Shown: positions 1-12,721 of the stretch, in pieces
Numbering within the stretch: position 1 is the first letter of the stretch
Layout: every line of letters begins with the position of its first letter
Assembly: GCA_904063045.1 (NCBI GenBank)
Contig: CAJFCJ010000005.1
Location: 570,815 to 634,814, forward strand
Direction: 5' to 3'
DNA from: Dimorphilus gyrociliatus
Lineage: Eukaryota > Animalia > Annelida
Length of the DNA: 64,000 nt
Position numbers and translations under genes: made by a program
The notes under the pieces: generated by a model
Databases searched by the model: none
Told to the model about the DNA's origin: nothing
Seen by the model: the letters and a program-made list of their open reading frames with translations, nothing else

Positions 1-3000
1 GTATTTGGTTTTAATTGAACTTTTTCGAGTGCTTCAAGCAAACGTATTGAATAATTTTCAATTTATTATATCGTTATCATAATCTTTAAAGAGTTTGTCA
101 AATTGTTTTTTAGGTTATTTGCGGTTATTTCGGATACAAAACGGGTACTTTTGAACTACTTAAGGAAAGAGATAGATATTTAGACTTTCTACATGGTATG
201 CATTGTAAAAAGAACGAAACAGATTTATTACGATGTGACAAACTGTTTGTTAGTGGTAGAAGAAATAAAAGACCACCAGTCTATTTATCCTGCACTAAGC
301 GTGAGATCGAGAGAGGTAGAACTAGAAAAAAAATGAAAAAAGCATTCAAAATTCATTCAGTAATTCAAGTCTTTTTATATAGATTTCGATTGTACTGGTT
401 TTGAACGTATAGAAGCAGAATGGAAATGTTATCATTTCGATCCAACTGTTCACCTAGCTTTATTTCAAGATACAGTGAATAGTTGTAAGAAGAAAAATAT
501 GAGTTTATTGAGTTTATCATCAAAGAAAGATTTCCTTGTGAATCAGTATATATATTTTTTTGCTACTCACGTCTTTGAGTATCTTTATACATTACCTAAA
601 TATGCAGAGTACAGGTTACGTAAGTGTATCATCTACTTTTTTATTGAGATTTAACTATAAATATTCAATTTTTAGTTGACACTCTCCCTTTATGTAAGTT
701 GAAATTAAAATTCATAAACATGTTTATTTATAGTTTTTTATCAGCTACGAAAGTATTAACAAATCGTCAAAATAAAGTAGTTGTAACAACTGGCGCAAAC
801 GTGCCATTAGATTTAACTGGACTTTCTAATATTGTTGATTCACCGTTAAGTGATTTATTGCATAAAATTCTTTAATAGAGAAGATGTGTTATATCATTAG
901 AATTTCATTTGTTAATAGATCAAAAATATTTGATAAAAAAACTTGCGAAGAGTCTTCTCATTTATTATATAATCATGTTTCTAAATGGTTTATAACTGAT
1001 CGATGTTTATCGGTAATTTCCGAAGGATATAAATCGATACCTTGCGAAATGTATACGTTTGAGCGTCATTTTTGTCAACGTGAATACGGTAAATTTTGAA
1101 TTATTATATTCAATATTTATATATAATGTATTGAATTTATTTTGATAGATATTTCATTAAAGCACAAGCCTGCTTGGTTCGAGTTTAATGAATATTTAAA
1201 ATGTCCACAAGAACTTTTCACTTGTCAACCAGAGAACGTTTGTATCAATATGAAAGATGTTTGCGATGGTATTATAGACTGTCATTTTGGCAGTGATGAA
1301 AAGGATTGCGATTATCTAATAATGTTTACCTGCTATAATGGTCAGAGAATTTCATTGATGAATGTCTGTAATAATATTCCAGATTGTTTAGACAAAAGTG
1401 ACGAAGTAGATTGCGGTAAATAATTAAATTATATAGTAAATATACAGTATATTTATAAAATGATGATGATTTTTTCGTATTTCATAAGAATTTCAATGTC
1501 ACGAAGAAAACTCGTAAAATTTATTCAAATTGAAAAAATATGATAATTAAACATGTTCTTCAATTAGATTTCAATGCAAAAATGGACAATGTATTTCTAA
1601 CAATGGACGTTGTAACAATGAACGAAATTGTTTCGATTCTTCAGACGAATTATGTGAAGGTATGTACTGCGTATTGACATATTGTATATAGGTAGCTTGT
1701 TATAATTATACAGTATATTATCACTACTGCAGTAGATAGTTTTTTTATGTTATCTATTATCTGTTACGTTTAGCTTGTATGTCAAAATAGATAATTGTTC
1801 AACGGCCTTTTGCAAAGGAAGATGTTTAGAACAGAGTAGAATGTGTGATTTAAAAACGGATTGCGAAGCTATTCCTCCCGTTGATGAAAATCCTCAAATA
1901 TGTTCAACAAAGATTACAAATTACTTGCAGACACTACCGTTTACTTATTATTCTTAATAATAAAACAATAAGCTAATAAACCTTATTTGTTTTGGCCCAT
2001 GCAGATCAGATAATTCATTTTGTAAGAAAGCGAAATTTAAGCAGATATTCTCAAAAGCTTTCTTTAATATTTCCCGTGAAAACGATTCAAAATGCCGAAT
2101 TAGATACGACACTCTTGGAAATTTAAAAACAAAATCTCATTATCCTTTCAATGATATTGAAAATTGTCAAGTCGATAGATGTTCTTACGGAGAATTCAAG
2201 TGTCAAGAGCATAAAATATGCATACCTATTCAAAACGTTTGCGATGGTATAAATCATTGTTTAAACAATGAAGATGAAGTTATGTGCGGTTAGTTTTGTC
2301 TTTAAAAATGTTTAGTTTTAATAAGAAGAGCGTCTACTTTTTCTATTTCTCCTCGACTTTTAGATCAATTTATGCCTAAAGGCTTTTTTAAATGTCGATT
2401 TCAAAATACTTATATAAATCAAAGTCAGATTTGCGATGGAAAAGTGAATTGTTTACACAGTAACGACGAATCATTTTGCTTTGAAAATCCTAAGGAATAT
2501 TGTTTAAAACATTGTAATTGTCAGTTAAAATCAATTATTTCTTGTAAATTGAACAAGACAACATCAAAAATGAATAATTTTAAACAACGTATTAATTATC
2601 TGAAAATAACTGGAATGTCTAATGAACATATCATTAATTTGAAATATTCGTATTATATAACAAGTTTAGAAGTGATAAATGGTTTTATAACGGATTTATC
2701 AAAAGTATTATTTACCAATCTAGTTTATTTGAATGTTGAAGAAAATAGAATTGAAAATATTTCATCTTTAGAGAGGAAACCTATGAAAAAACTACAAATT
2801 CTTATATTGAGAAATAATCCCTTTAGGGATATTAATAAAGAAAGTTTCTTATTTGACAATTTACTATATTTAGATTTATCAAATACAAAGATAAAACATC
2901 TGAGTGATCTTGTATTTCGTCGTTTTACTAATTTAACAATATTGAAAATAAGTAAATGTTATCTTTCTTCTATTCATCAAAATGTCTTTTCGTCACTAAC

Positions 3001-4754
3001 TCAAATTGAGATTATTGAATTGAATAAAACGGATTTTGAATATGAAACTCTAATGGAATCTATAAAACAGTTGAAGAATTTGAAATACTTCTCTTCAATT
3101 AGTTTTGAATTATGTTGTATAGCTAAAAAATGGAATTTAAAGTTAATTAGTTGCGTTCCGAAGTCATCGATATTTAAGAGTTGCACTGATCTTATTGGCG
3201 TTAAATCATTAAGATTAATAGTATGGATAATTGTTTTCTTTGGTTTTATTGGGAATACTATTGCTTTCATCCTTCAAATCAAAGCCTTTTCAAAAACATA
3301 TCACCTGTACCATTTAGTCTTAAATATATCCGACATGTCGTTTATAATATATCTAGTATCTATAGCAATAACTGACAGCTATTACCAAGGTATCTACATA
3401 CAAAATGATTCAAAATGGCGACATAGTTGGATGTGTAATCTATTGGGAATATTGGCCAGTATATCAGTGCTTATGTCAAATATTTCATTAACATTTATAA
3501 CTGTTAATCGATATTTTGGAATTTGTCATCCATTCAGCGGTGTAACCACTAATAAATCATTCGTTTTCCTCTTATTCATTTGTACCATATTTACCACTAT
3601 TTCATCTATTCTACCAATATACATCTTTAAAGTATTAAACTATAACTAAACTTTAAAACCAATTCGTATTAATAGTCTATTTTCATCTATTTGAAGAATT
3701 ATTATTCAAGTACTGCAGTCTGTTTTTCTTTGCATATAACAAACGAAAAGTTCGATGGTTGGCAGTATTCTTTTGCATTTTTTGGATTGTTTACATTGTT
3801 TTGTTGTATAGCAATTTCAATGTTATACATTGGAATGATTAGAGTTGTTTTTCAATCGAAATCAATCACTGATAAGAATCAATTTATGAAACGAGTGAGA
3901 AAAATTGCTAGTTCCGCGTTTATTATTACAATGAGTAATATGGCTTGTTGGTTTCCCGTATCAATCCTTGGTAATAAAATTGACGATAGCGTATTATATA
4001 TTTATATACTGTATATACTATATATAGGTCTTATATCAATGAACAACAATATTGTTCTTGAGAAATCATTATATCGTTGGATTGCCCTATTTCTTATTCC
4101 GTTAAATAGCGTCTTAAATCCATTATTTTATTCTGGTGGTGAAATTTTAGCAATAGTAAAGCGTCTAAAACTTAAAGGAGAAACCCATTTGTAAGTTGTA
4201 AACAAAACTTTCAACTATATCTTCGTTTTCGTTCCTTCAAATAGGAGACAAGCTTTAGAAGATCTTCGTAAGACTCAAAAGGACAATTGTACGTTTTGAT
4301 TGGTTAACAACAGAGATAATAACTTGATATATTTTCATTTCTCCATTAAAGATACTCTATTCTTTAAAAGTTCTAATAAAAAAAAGATAATATTTGATAA
4401 TTGCCCATTCAAAAAGTGGCAATTTACAACCGTCAAACGCCATATTGGAATTGTCAATGTTCTTGCCATATTTAAAGATCTGGCAATCGCTTTGGATTTA
4501 ATACATGGCTTTAATTTTATGATTGATAAAAATGATAATAAATGTATTGTTTATAGAGTAATAATTTTCAATTATCTCTTCTTTGTAATTGCATAATATT
4601 TTCATATTTTTAGGAAATGAATAAAAAGATTTCGTGCTCCATTTTATTGAAGAATACCGTATTTGCGAAAAATGAAAAGGATATGAAGAAAGATATTATG
4701 ATTGTTGCAGAACTAGTTGAAAATCTTTTAAAATCTCGAAATAAAGCTGAATAA
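1..4754 (+). CDS. GRL101-like LGR receptor A (5' end outside window): SRCR-like, C-type-lectin-like, 6 LDLa, LRR, 7TM, C-terminal kinase-like domain
   Basis: Hand-spliced exons: 2-43 and 114-300 (QAN|VICGYFGYKTG...MHCKKNETDLLRC...VYLSCT, SRCR-like); from 383 (WKCYHF...SCKKKNMSLLSL, CTL-like). Six LDLa modules at ~1200-2470, including microexon 1489-1513. LRRs and TM1-4 in ORF 2372-3649; TM5-7 in ORF 3691-4194 (NRY, NPLFY). Then exons 4245-4288, 4352-4557 and 4614-4754 (stop TAA). The ORF-track stop at 4194 lies in donor GTAAGT at 4191. Confidence 0.85.
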
Positions 4755-4912
4755 TAATTGTATCGTTTCATATGATTAGATAAGAATTAGTAAAATTGTC
4801 ACGTGAACATTATTATGACTAATTGAAACGTGAACAATCGGTTTACAATTGAAAATTTCTTTCATCATCAGAACCTATTACTCAACAATTTGACATTGAG
4901 TTAAAAATTACG

Positions 4913-5726
4913 TCAGTCCACCAATATTCTCTTTAGTAGGAAGGAACGAAATGGACTAATATGAACATACATGCAATGATCATGCTTATTCTTGAATATC
5001 CTTTGCATTTCTTTCCTCGGTAGGTTTCCAGGCGTATGTAATACTTTAGATTTTCCAATGACGCTTATTACTCCACCCAATTTTGAAAAATCTGACACAT
5101 CCTTACTAATATGAGTATTAAGAAAGTGTTTATTAGCAATTTTCGTCTTGGAAATTGAGATTATTAGTTGTTGTTTATCAAAGTAGAACACAATTTTATT
5201 CTTTAATTTCAAGAAGAAAAAGTTGCTTATCCTTCTAACAGAAGGTTTTGATTTCCATTCGTAGATATGACTAGTTGAAAAGTATATTCCTTCCAAAGTT
5301 ATCTTAGCGTTTATTGATAAAATTTGAAAGAGCATTTTTGTAATATAATGATGATTTTTCTCTGATATTCCATATAATATTGTATTTGTATCGTATTCCT
5401 TAAAAATAACTATTATCTCTTTAAAAACATGCTTTGCATTATAGCACAGATATTTTACTCCAGGAATCATATTTTGTATTGTTGGATTAACAGTTTGCAT
5501 TACGAATAAATTGCCAGTAACTGTTGCTTTGAAGTTGAAAGACTTACCTAATCCAGCTAGACAAGGGAGAGATGAAAGTAAACATTAAAAAACAATTAAA
5601 TGATTTATAATTAACTTTTCACATACTTTGTCTCCTCGATAAAAAATTCCTTAAAGAACAATTCATTTCACTTCCATTAAAGTAACAGATTAAACTAAAG
5701 CCGACAATCAGTGAAATTCTCTTCAT
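4913..5726 (-). CDS. Secreted protein with a divergent ITIH C-terminal-like domain (lacks the DPH motif), ~247 aa
   Basis: Exon 1 5726-5627 (MKRISLIVGFSLICYFNGS, signal-like), intron 5626-5557, exon 2 5556-4913, in frame. KYLCYN..EIIVIFKEYDTNTILYG..HYITKMLF, YEWKSK, LGGVISVIG and HCMYV align by eye with the paralog at 39681-40894. Confidence 0.7.
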
Positions 5727-5986
5727 GCTGCTAAATTTATCAACGTACATGTGAATTAAAGTTGTTAACTCTTATATATATATCCGTATTTTGTGGAAAA
5801 GACAGCGTAAAAACCACAAAAATATTCGAGAAGGTTTAATAACCCATCAAATCATACCAAATATGGAAAATATTCATCATCGTTTTATTGATTTTTACAG
5901 CTATCATTCAATTCAAATTTTACGGTTTGGGAAAATGTGGCAAATTTGAATGTAAAACTGATTACATCTGAAGATTTGAATCGTAA

Positions 5987-6075
5987 GCCCCAGTGGCGCA
6001 ATCGGTTAGCGCGCCGTACTTATAAGAGTAGTACTGGCCATGCGGAGGTTGTGAGTTCGATCCTCACCTGGGGCA
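5987..6075 (+). tRNA. tRNA-Ile(TAT) with 15-nt intron
   Basis: Complete cloverleaf. Anticodon arm CCGTA-CTTATA[AGAGTAGTACTGGCC]A-TGCGG, T loop TTCGATC, followed by a T-run. Confidence 0.95.
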
Positions 6076-6521
6076 TATACTTTTTGTTTTAAGATTTGGG
6101 AAAAGGGAAGTATTAACAGCACTCATTGCCAAATGTTCAATATTGATAGTTATAGTCAGCATTATGTCAGCTAGTTGATATAATATCGTTTCTCGGAGAG
6201 AGTGAATAACCATAAGCGGGGCGGAGTTATTTTATCTGGATGATGAAATAATTTTAAATAATACGAAAATATCGGATGTATTGGTTATAAAATTCATTGT
6301 ACTTATATTTTCATATTCAATTAGCTTATTTCAACTAATGAGTGAAAGTTGTTTAATCAACATTCGATGGTTTTTTCTCACGTTGTTAACTGTGCAATTT
6401 GAGCATTTATTATCAGATTTTTATTGATATATTTACGCATCAACATAAATTATTCATAGCAGAAAAACAGTTTTATTTACTTTCCATAAAGTAAAATTAT
6501 AAAATATATAGAAAGAAAAGT

Positions 6522-7874
6522 TTAACATTTGCTGTCAAATTTTGTTGATTTTTTCTTAAAATAATCAATATTGCTGGGTATATCTAAACTACGGTTGGTT
6601 ATTGCAGTATTAAAATATAATTTGTAGTTTGTATCCTCAATTGAAAATCCAACGCAAGATTTATTAAGTTCGCATTCTTTTGAACAAGCTATAAACGAAT
6701 TACACGATTTACTATTACCTTCCGTATTAGAAAATTCACTGATTTTTGATAGTCTTGAATATTCATTAATATTTCTAACTTGAATAAATATATTGCAAAA
6801 TGTAAATCCCTTAACGTTTTCTAAAATAACCAACTTTCCTCGTAAACCGGAACAATTAAATACTTGAATTATTTCTTTCGATTCGTTATTAAATTGATAA
6901 GAAAAATCGCATGAAGAGTTGACGGACTTTATCTCTAAATCATTGATCAAATGAACATTCAATATATCCTCATTTCTTTTCCTATGTACTATAACGCTGT
7001 CAATGTAATAATACGACTTTAATTCTATAAGGAAATATGTAAACGATCTATCATTTTCCTTTATTAAAGTATATCTCTGTCTATCAGTTTCTAAGATATC
7101 ATCATATCCGTTTCCTCTACCAGAAACTAAAATTGAAAATAATAGAGTCTCTATTAAAAGAAATTCATCAAGATAAAAGATAACAGACCTATTGTTCCCA
7201 AATCTCCGTGAACAACTATAGGATGCATAAAATAGTATCTCTTCGCTCCAGATCTCATTTTGTAAGTAGAGTTTATAGTGAAAGATCTGTTGTTTTCTAT
7301 TACGTATCTATCCGACTCTTTGAATAATATATTATTTGTTGTGTAGGCTATACATTGTTGCTTGCCAGATAAAGGATGAAGACCAATAAGCCATTCTTTC
7401 TTAATAGAAATTGGATTTTCAAGTAAGAGGAGTGAATATTTTTTAATATTTCCTCCTTTTGGAACTTTAGTTGAGCTCTTCAAAGTAAACTTATCATTTT
7501 TTTTTTTCCAAACATCTAAAATAAATTTTCCCAACTTAAATAATACGTTTTTAACCTAAATAATTAGTCGAAACCTAAATGGCAGCCGTCCGGTATGATT
7601 TTTATCAAATACCATCCAATTAGAATTCCATCATCTTGAAAGAGATAATCTACTTGATAGAGTACATTCAGCCAGCTCCCTCCAGCTGTCAGATTAACGT
7701 TTTGCATATCATCTTCACTCGGTAATTTTGGATAAACTCCTACGAAACAGTCGACTGCTGAGTAGTTAAGAAGAGCCGCTATCGACAGTAAAAACTCTTT
7801 AGTATACGAAATAAGTGAAATTACTATTTTTTAAGTTAACCATTGAAAATAGCAAACACTGAAAGAATCGTCAT
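6522..7874 (-). CDS. Secreted unnamed-domain + F-type-lectin/discoidin-like + PAN/apple protein, paralog 1
   Basis: Multi-exon. Signal peptide split by a phase-1 intron; DGILIGWYLIKIIPDGCHL motif exon; ORFs 7154-7534 and 6522-6962 (FNCSGLRGKLVIL; CSKECELNKSCVGFS, PAN-like). Confidence 0.7.
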
Positions 7875-8697
7875 CGCTACCATTCTATCCAACTTTAATC
7901 ATCCAGTCTAGTAATAGAGCTGATAAAAGAGAAAATCTAATCAGAGTTGACATGAGTGTGGTAGTTGATCTCAATAAAAGAAATGATATTGTTATGCTTA
8001 TGTGGAAAAGTCTCGTGAAATGACAAATCAATTCTTCATTCGATCGACTTAATAAGCTTTTCAGGATTTATTGCCAAATCAGGAAAAAAAAGAAAGAAAG
8101 ACGAAGGGAACATTTATAGGAAACGATCGATTAAACGAGGTATAATGAGATAAAAAAAAAGAACAATAATTACTGAATAGATATTTAATTAAATGTAAGC
8201 GTTTCTCAGATTAAATATTAATATAGAATGCAAAATGCCGACATCATTAAGCGGTAAAAAAAACAGAGACAGAGTCATTTACTTTGTTTAAATAAAATGC
8301 AAAAGTCAATATTGATCACTTTTCCTTTGTTACTGATGTTTTTATGATATTTTTCAATAGATATAGAGAATCGTATACAAAATTTTATTTAATACATTTC
8401 TATATTTCATTGATTGATACCTAAATTAATAGACAAAGAAACGAAAAACTAAATTACATTGTTTTAGACTTTATTTATAGTAAATAGAAACTGTAATAAA
8501 AAGCCTTCTGTAGCGTCACTTTTTGATATTAAAAACGACTCTAAGGTTATTCTTTGAACGCTTTTCCATTAAACTATTCACTAATCTCTCACCAAATTAG
8601 TTACAAGAGAAATTGAAATCCAAATCTTCTATTGAATGACCTTCAAATATTTCTGATATCCTATAAAAGATGATAGAATTGATCCAAATTCATTGTC

Positions 8698-11600
8698 TTA
8701 ATCGCTTAGATAAAGCTTTTGTATATTGGTATTATTGTTAAAAATTCTTTTAGAAAGAATAGCAGTGGTAAACTTTCCTCCAAAATCGTTTTCGCTGATA
8801 TCTAACACTTCTAAATGCTTTAAAACTGCAATCGTTTCACCGATATAATCAATAATTTTAGAATTAAAACCACATTTTCTTAAACTAATACGAGTAATAG
8901 AATGACAACTTTTCCTTATTGCTGCTAACAGATATTCTCCACCTTTGACCTCTAAATCGTTTCTTCCCACATCAAGAATTGAAAGGTTGTGTTTATTATT
9001 AAGCGCTTTTCCAAGAAAATATGCATTATTTGAAGATATTGAACAATTCCAGAGGTATAATTCCCTTATTCGGTTACAATTTTCTAACGCCTCTAAAATT
9101 GATCTTTCTACGAAAACTCCTCTAAAGTCGATTACTATTACGAGTTGATTATTCAATAAAAGCTTTGACATAGTGGTAGAAATTTCAATACCAGTATTAC
9201 ATTCAACAACTATCACTTTACGTAAATTATGACAATTCTCAGAAATAGAATTGAAGATATTCTTCCAGATGTTTGGTGAAAAATTCTGTCTAGAAAATCT
9301 TATCCTTCCTAGTTCGGGCATCTTTTTAAATATTTCATCAATTTCTTTATTTTCTTTAATGAATACCTTAGAAAGTTCAAATATGTTTGATTCTCTTTCA
9401 TTAAAATCTAACTTTTGTAGATTGTTTATTAGTTGGTCAGTTAAAAGATTATTGTGTATTCTTACATCTTGTATTGGAAAGTTACCTTCCGCTAAAACTT
9501 GAATGAATTTATTTAGATAGCATACTTTAACTGTTTTCGTAATCTTTAGGAATTTGTCTTGTATGATTACTTTCAATTCAGACTGTATTTTTCGAAGTTT
9601 ATACAAATTAAAAACTTCCTCGTCAATATCGTCTACGGCTTTAAAACATTCGTACTGCTCTAATCTATTGAACCATTCAATATCTGATGTTGATTTTTTC
9701 GAATTGAGCACTCTTAACGATGGAATAGTTAGTAAGTATAAAATCATTGGTCTTAGGCAATCAACGGATATTTTACACTGATAAATGTAGAGCTCTTCTA
9801 ATTGAAGTATCATTGACTTTTGATGGAATGATTCGATAAAATGCTTAATAGCTTCATCACCAAATGTATTATAGGAAATATCCAAAACTGACAGATGAGA
9901 TAGTCGATTAATAATTTGACGAAATTCGCACAAAAATTCCTCATTCAATTCGCTATTCTGAAGATAGATCTTTGATAAAACGTTATCTTTGAACTTTGAA
10001 ATGGTTCGCAATAAACCAAGTACCGATGAATTTCCAAATGAATTATCTGATAGATCCAACTCTCTTAGCTTATTCATATTGTAACATTCTTCGATACAAC
10101 TCGGAAGTTGATTGTAATTTTTATTAGAGTTTTTAATGATTAATTTTTCAAGTGAAAAATTATAATATTTAATTAGATTTGTTAAAAATTCATCGTAATT
10201 TGAACAATTTCTAATATTCAATACTTTCAACTTTGAAAGAATTTTAAAACAATGTTTCATATTGAATTTTGCAATAAAACATTCAAAATTGCAATCTTTA
10301 CAGTATAATTCTTTTAAATTGTTTAAATGCTTTAATAAGAAAAACTTTGTAAGTGAAATATTCGAGAATTTTATGTTGGTTAAAAATGAAAATTTCATTA
10401 GATTCCTTTGTAAACTTTTCTTCATTTCTAACGAATATTCATCGTTAAAATTTAACATTATCTCTCTAATTGTTACCAATTGACATAGATATACTAAAAT
10501 TGTCTTTGTTGTTTCGTACTGTAAATTATTGCCACCAAAATTCAATGTCAATAAATGAGTTTGAGAGGAGAGAAATGTTTTTATAGCCGATTTATCAATA
10601 GTTGTTACATTACAATTTTCAGCGTGAAATTCTCTTAAATTCCTTTGATTTGTATTGGCCAAAGTATAAAATAACATTTTCATTCCGTCATTCTTTATCA
10701 TATTACCTCCAATATTTAATACTTTCAAATCGTTGAAATGGCAAAATACTGTCAGAAATCTTTGGAAAGAAGATGAACTGATTTCACAATTGTATAAAAT
10801 AAGCTCTTCTAAATAAATATTTCCATTCAATTTGAATTCTTCGGATAAATATTCCATACTTTCATCTGAAAATATCAAAATTTCTCCTATTTAGTTGACG
10901 ATTGCGCAATAATCATATATAGAATATTTACAAACCAGTTAGAATGTTATTTGAGAGATCAAGCTTTTTCAAAAACCTCTGATTACTAGCTAATTTCGCA
11001 ATAACTTTTATATTAGAAGAACTGAGGAAACAATTATTAAAGATGATTTGTTCTTCAATCGAAGTAGTAGCATATTTACAATTCTCTGTTGTAATCATAT
11101 TATCAATTATAGTACATTTCTTCATATTTGGAGAGTTTTGTAGTAATTTCTGTAAATCTCCAAAGTTAATTGGAGATTTTAATCCACTAATTAATTCCAA
11201 TTCTAACAAATTACCTATATGATAAGAATTCGTATAGAGTTCAATAAAATATGAAAAGTTAAAGTCTACATTAAAGAATAATAGTTTTGTTAGTGAAATT
11301 TTAGTATTAGATAATAAAACTGCCAAAGCGATATTGTTTAGTCTTTCGTTACGAATTTCTTTATTTGTTAATCCATTTTTTAACAGGTCAATAACCGTTG
11401 AAGATAGTTGTTCGCAATGTTTCAACACAACCGGATATTGAGCGCATATATCTGTATAAACTGGTAAATTTAATGATCTAATAAGTAGAAGAGAATTTAA
11501 GAGTTTATAGATGTTTTTCTCCGATAGTAAAAATGTAGAATTCGAGTTGGAAAAGCCATTTTTTATAATATATTGTGCGCAAAAATATTCGTAAAATATT

Positions 11601-12721
11601 CCATAGGAAAAGGTTAACTCTTCTAAATGAAAATATTCATCTTTAACTACCAATAGTCCACCAAAATGGTTGGATCCATCCAGTATCGAATTGTAAAGAA
11701 TTGGTTTATTATAAGCCATTTTTTCAAATGCTACTTTGTTGCAATAGGATAGTATTTTCTCTTTGGTACAGTTTGTCACATTTAAGTTCTTCTTTTCCCA
11801 TATGTAATCAAAAATCTCATTATATATCAAATTTAACTGAGAAACGTATTGAAGGCCCCTATTTATCCATATATTAACAACTATAAAGGCTATTAGAGGT
11901 GTAGAACAAGCTTTAAATATATCTTTATATTGTTTAAGCTGACTAAGAAATTGTTTACTCTCATCATAATACTCTATAATTCTATTCTTTTCTCCGCTAT
12001 TTGAATTGCCTACATAAGGGATAATCCTATTAGTAAAATCCAATAGTTGATCTTCTTTAAATCCAAATATTTCGAAAATATGCTGAAAATTGTCTGATAT
12101 TTCAACAGCAGCTTTATTCCTAGCCCAAACAACAATAGGATAGTAGTAGTCATGTTTATTATGAATTATATGATAAATTTCGTTCTCCTCGTTTCGTAGT
12201 TCGTCTATATGATCGCAAAAGAGTATTATTTTACGTTGGCTATCATTATTTTGACATTGGAATATTGTCACTAAATCATCTTTTAACTTTGGCTCTTGCC
12301 TAACTTGACTTGGAAAATTTTGTTGAATTAACGAATCAATCATTGTTTCTTTCCGCTTAATTAGAGATAAATCTAATTTAAGTATAAGATAGTCGCTAAG
12401 AAACTCATCTGTAGCGTATAGTAAGAGTATTTTTCGAATGTGAAAACTCTTACCGATTCCGGTTTTACCTCTTAATAGAATTCTTTTGTTTTCCGCAATT
12501 AACTCTGATAGAAAGGACGTAGAATCCTTTAAGTATTCTAATCTATCCGAAAAGACTTTTGAAACAGTTACAGACGTATAAATATTATGAAAAAACATTC
12601 TCCTTTCGCTGAAAGGCAATCCTTCAACATCCTTCAAGTTCGTACGAATAAACTCTTTCACTAGACGCTTTAAACTTTCAATTATATCCCGAGTATTCTC
12701 CTCTTGTGTAAGACTGCTCAT
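8698..12721 (-). CDS. NLR-type protein: NACHT NTPase + ribonuclease-inhibitor-like LRRs, ~1324 aa
   Basis: ORFs 12721-10928 and 10878-8698 join in frame through a 49-nt intron (10935-10887). Walker A LLRGKTGIGKS, Walker B IILFCDHIDE, many LxxLxLxxN/C repeats. Confidence 0.9.

Noticed and set aside
3691-4596. ORF-track ends at 3649, 4194, 24079, 24540 and ORFs 4300-4596 and 24784-24969 as separate genes
   Set aside because: The stops fall in introns; the pieces splice into the two GRL101-like genes.
5530-5556. P-loop-like GLGKS at the start of exon 2
   Set aside because: It follows a signal peptide, there is no Walker B, and the rest aligns with an ITIH-C-like domain.
8945-10483. Plus-strand ORFs 8945-9148, 9251-9502, 9554-9781, 10262-10483
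   Set aside because: Antisense shadows of the NLR coding strand; no motifs.
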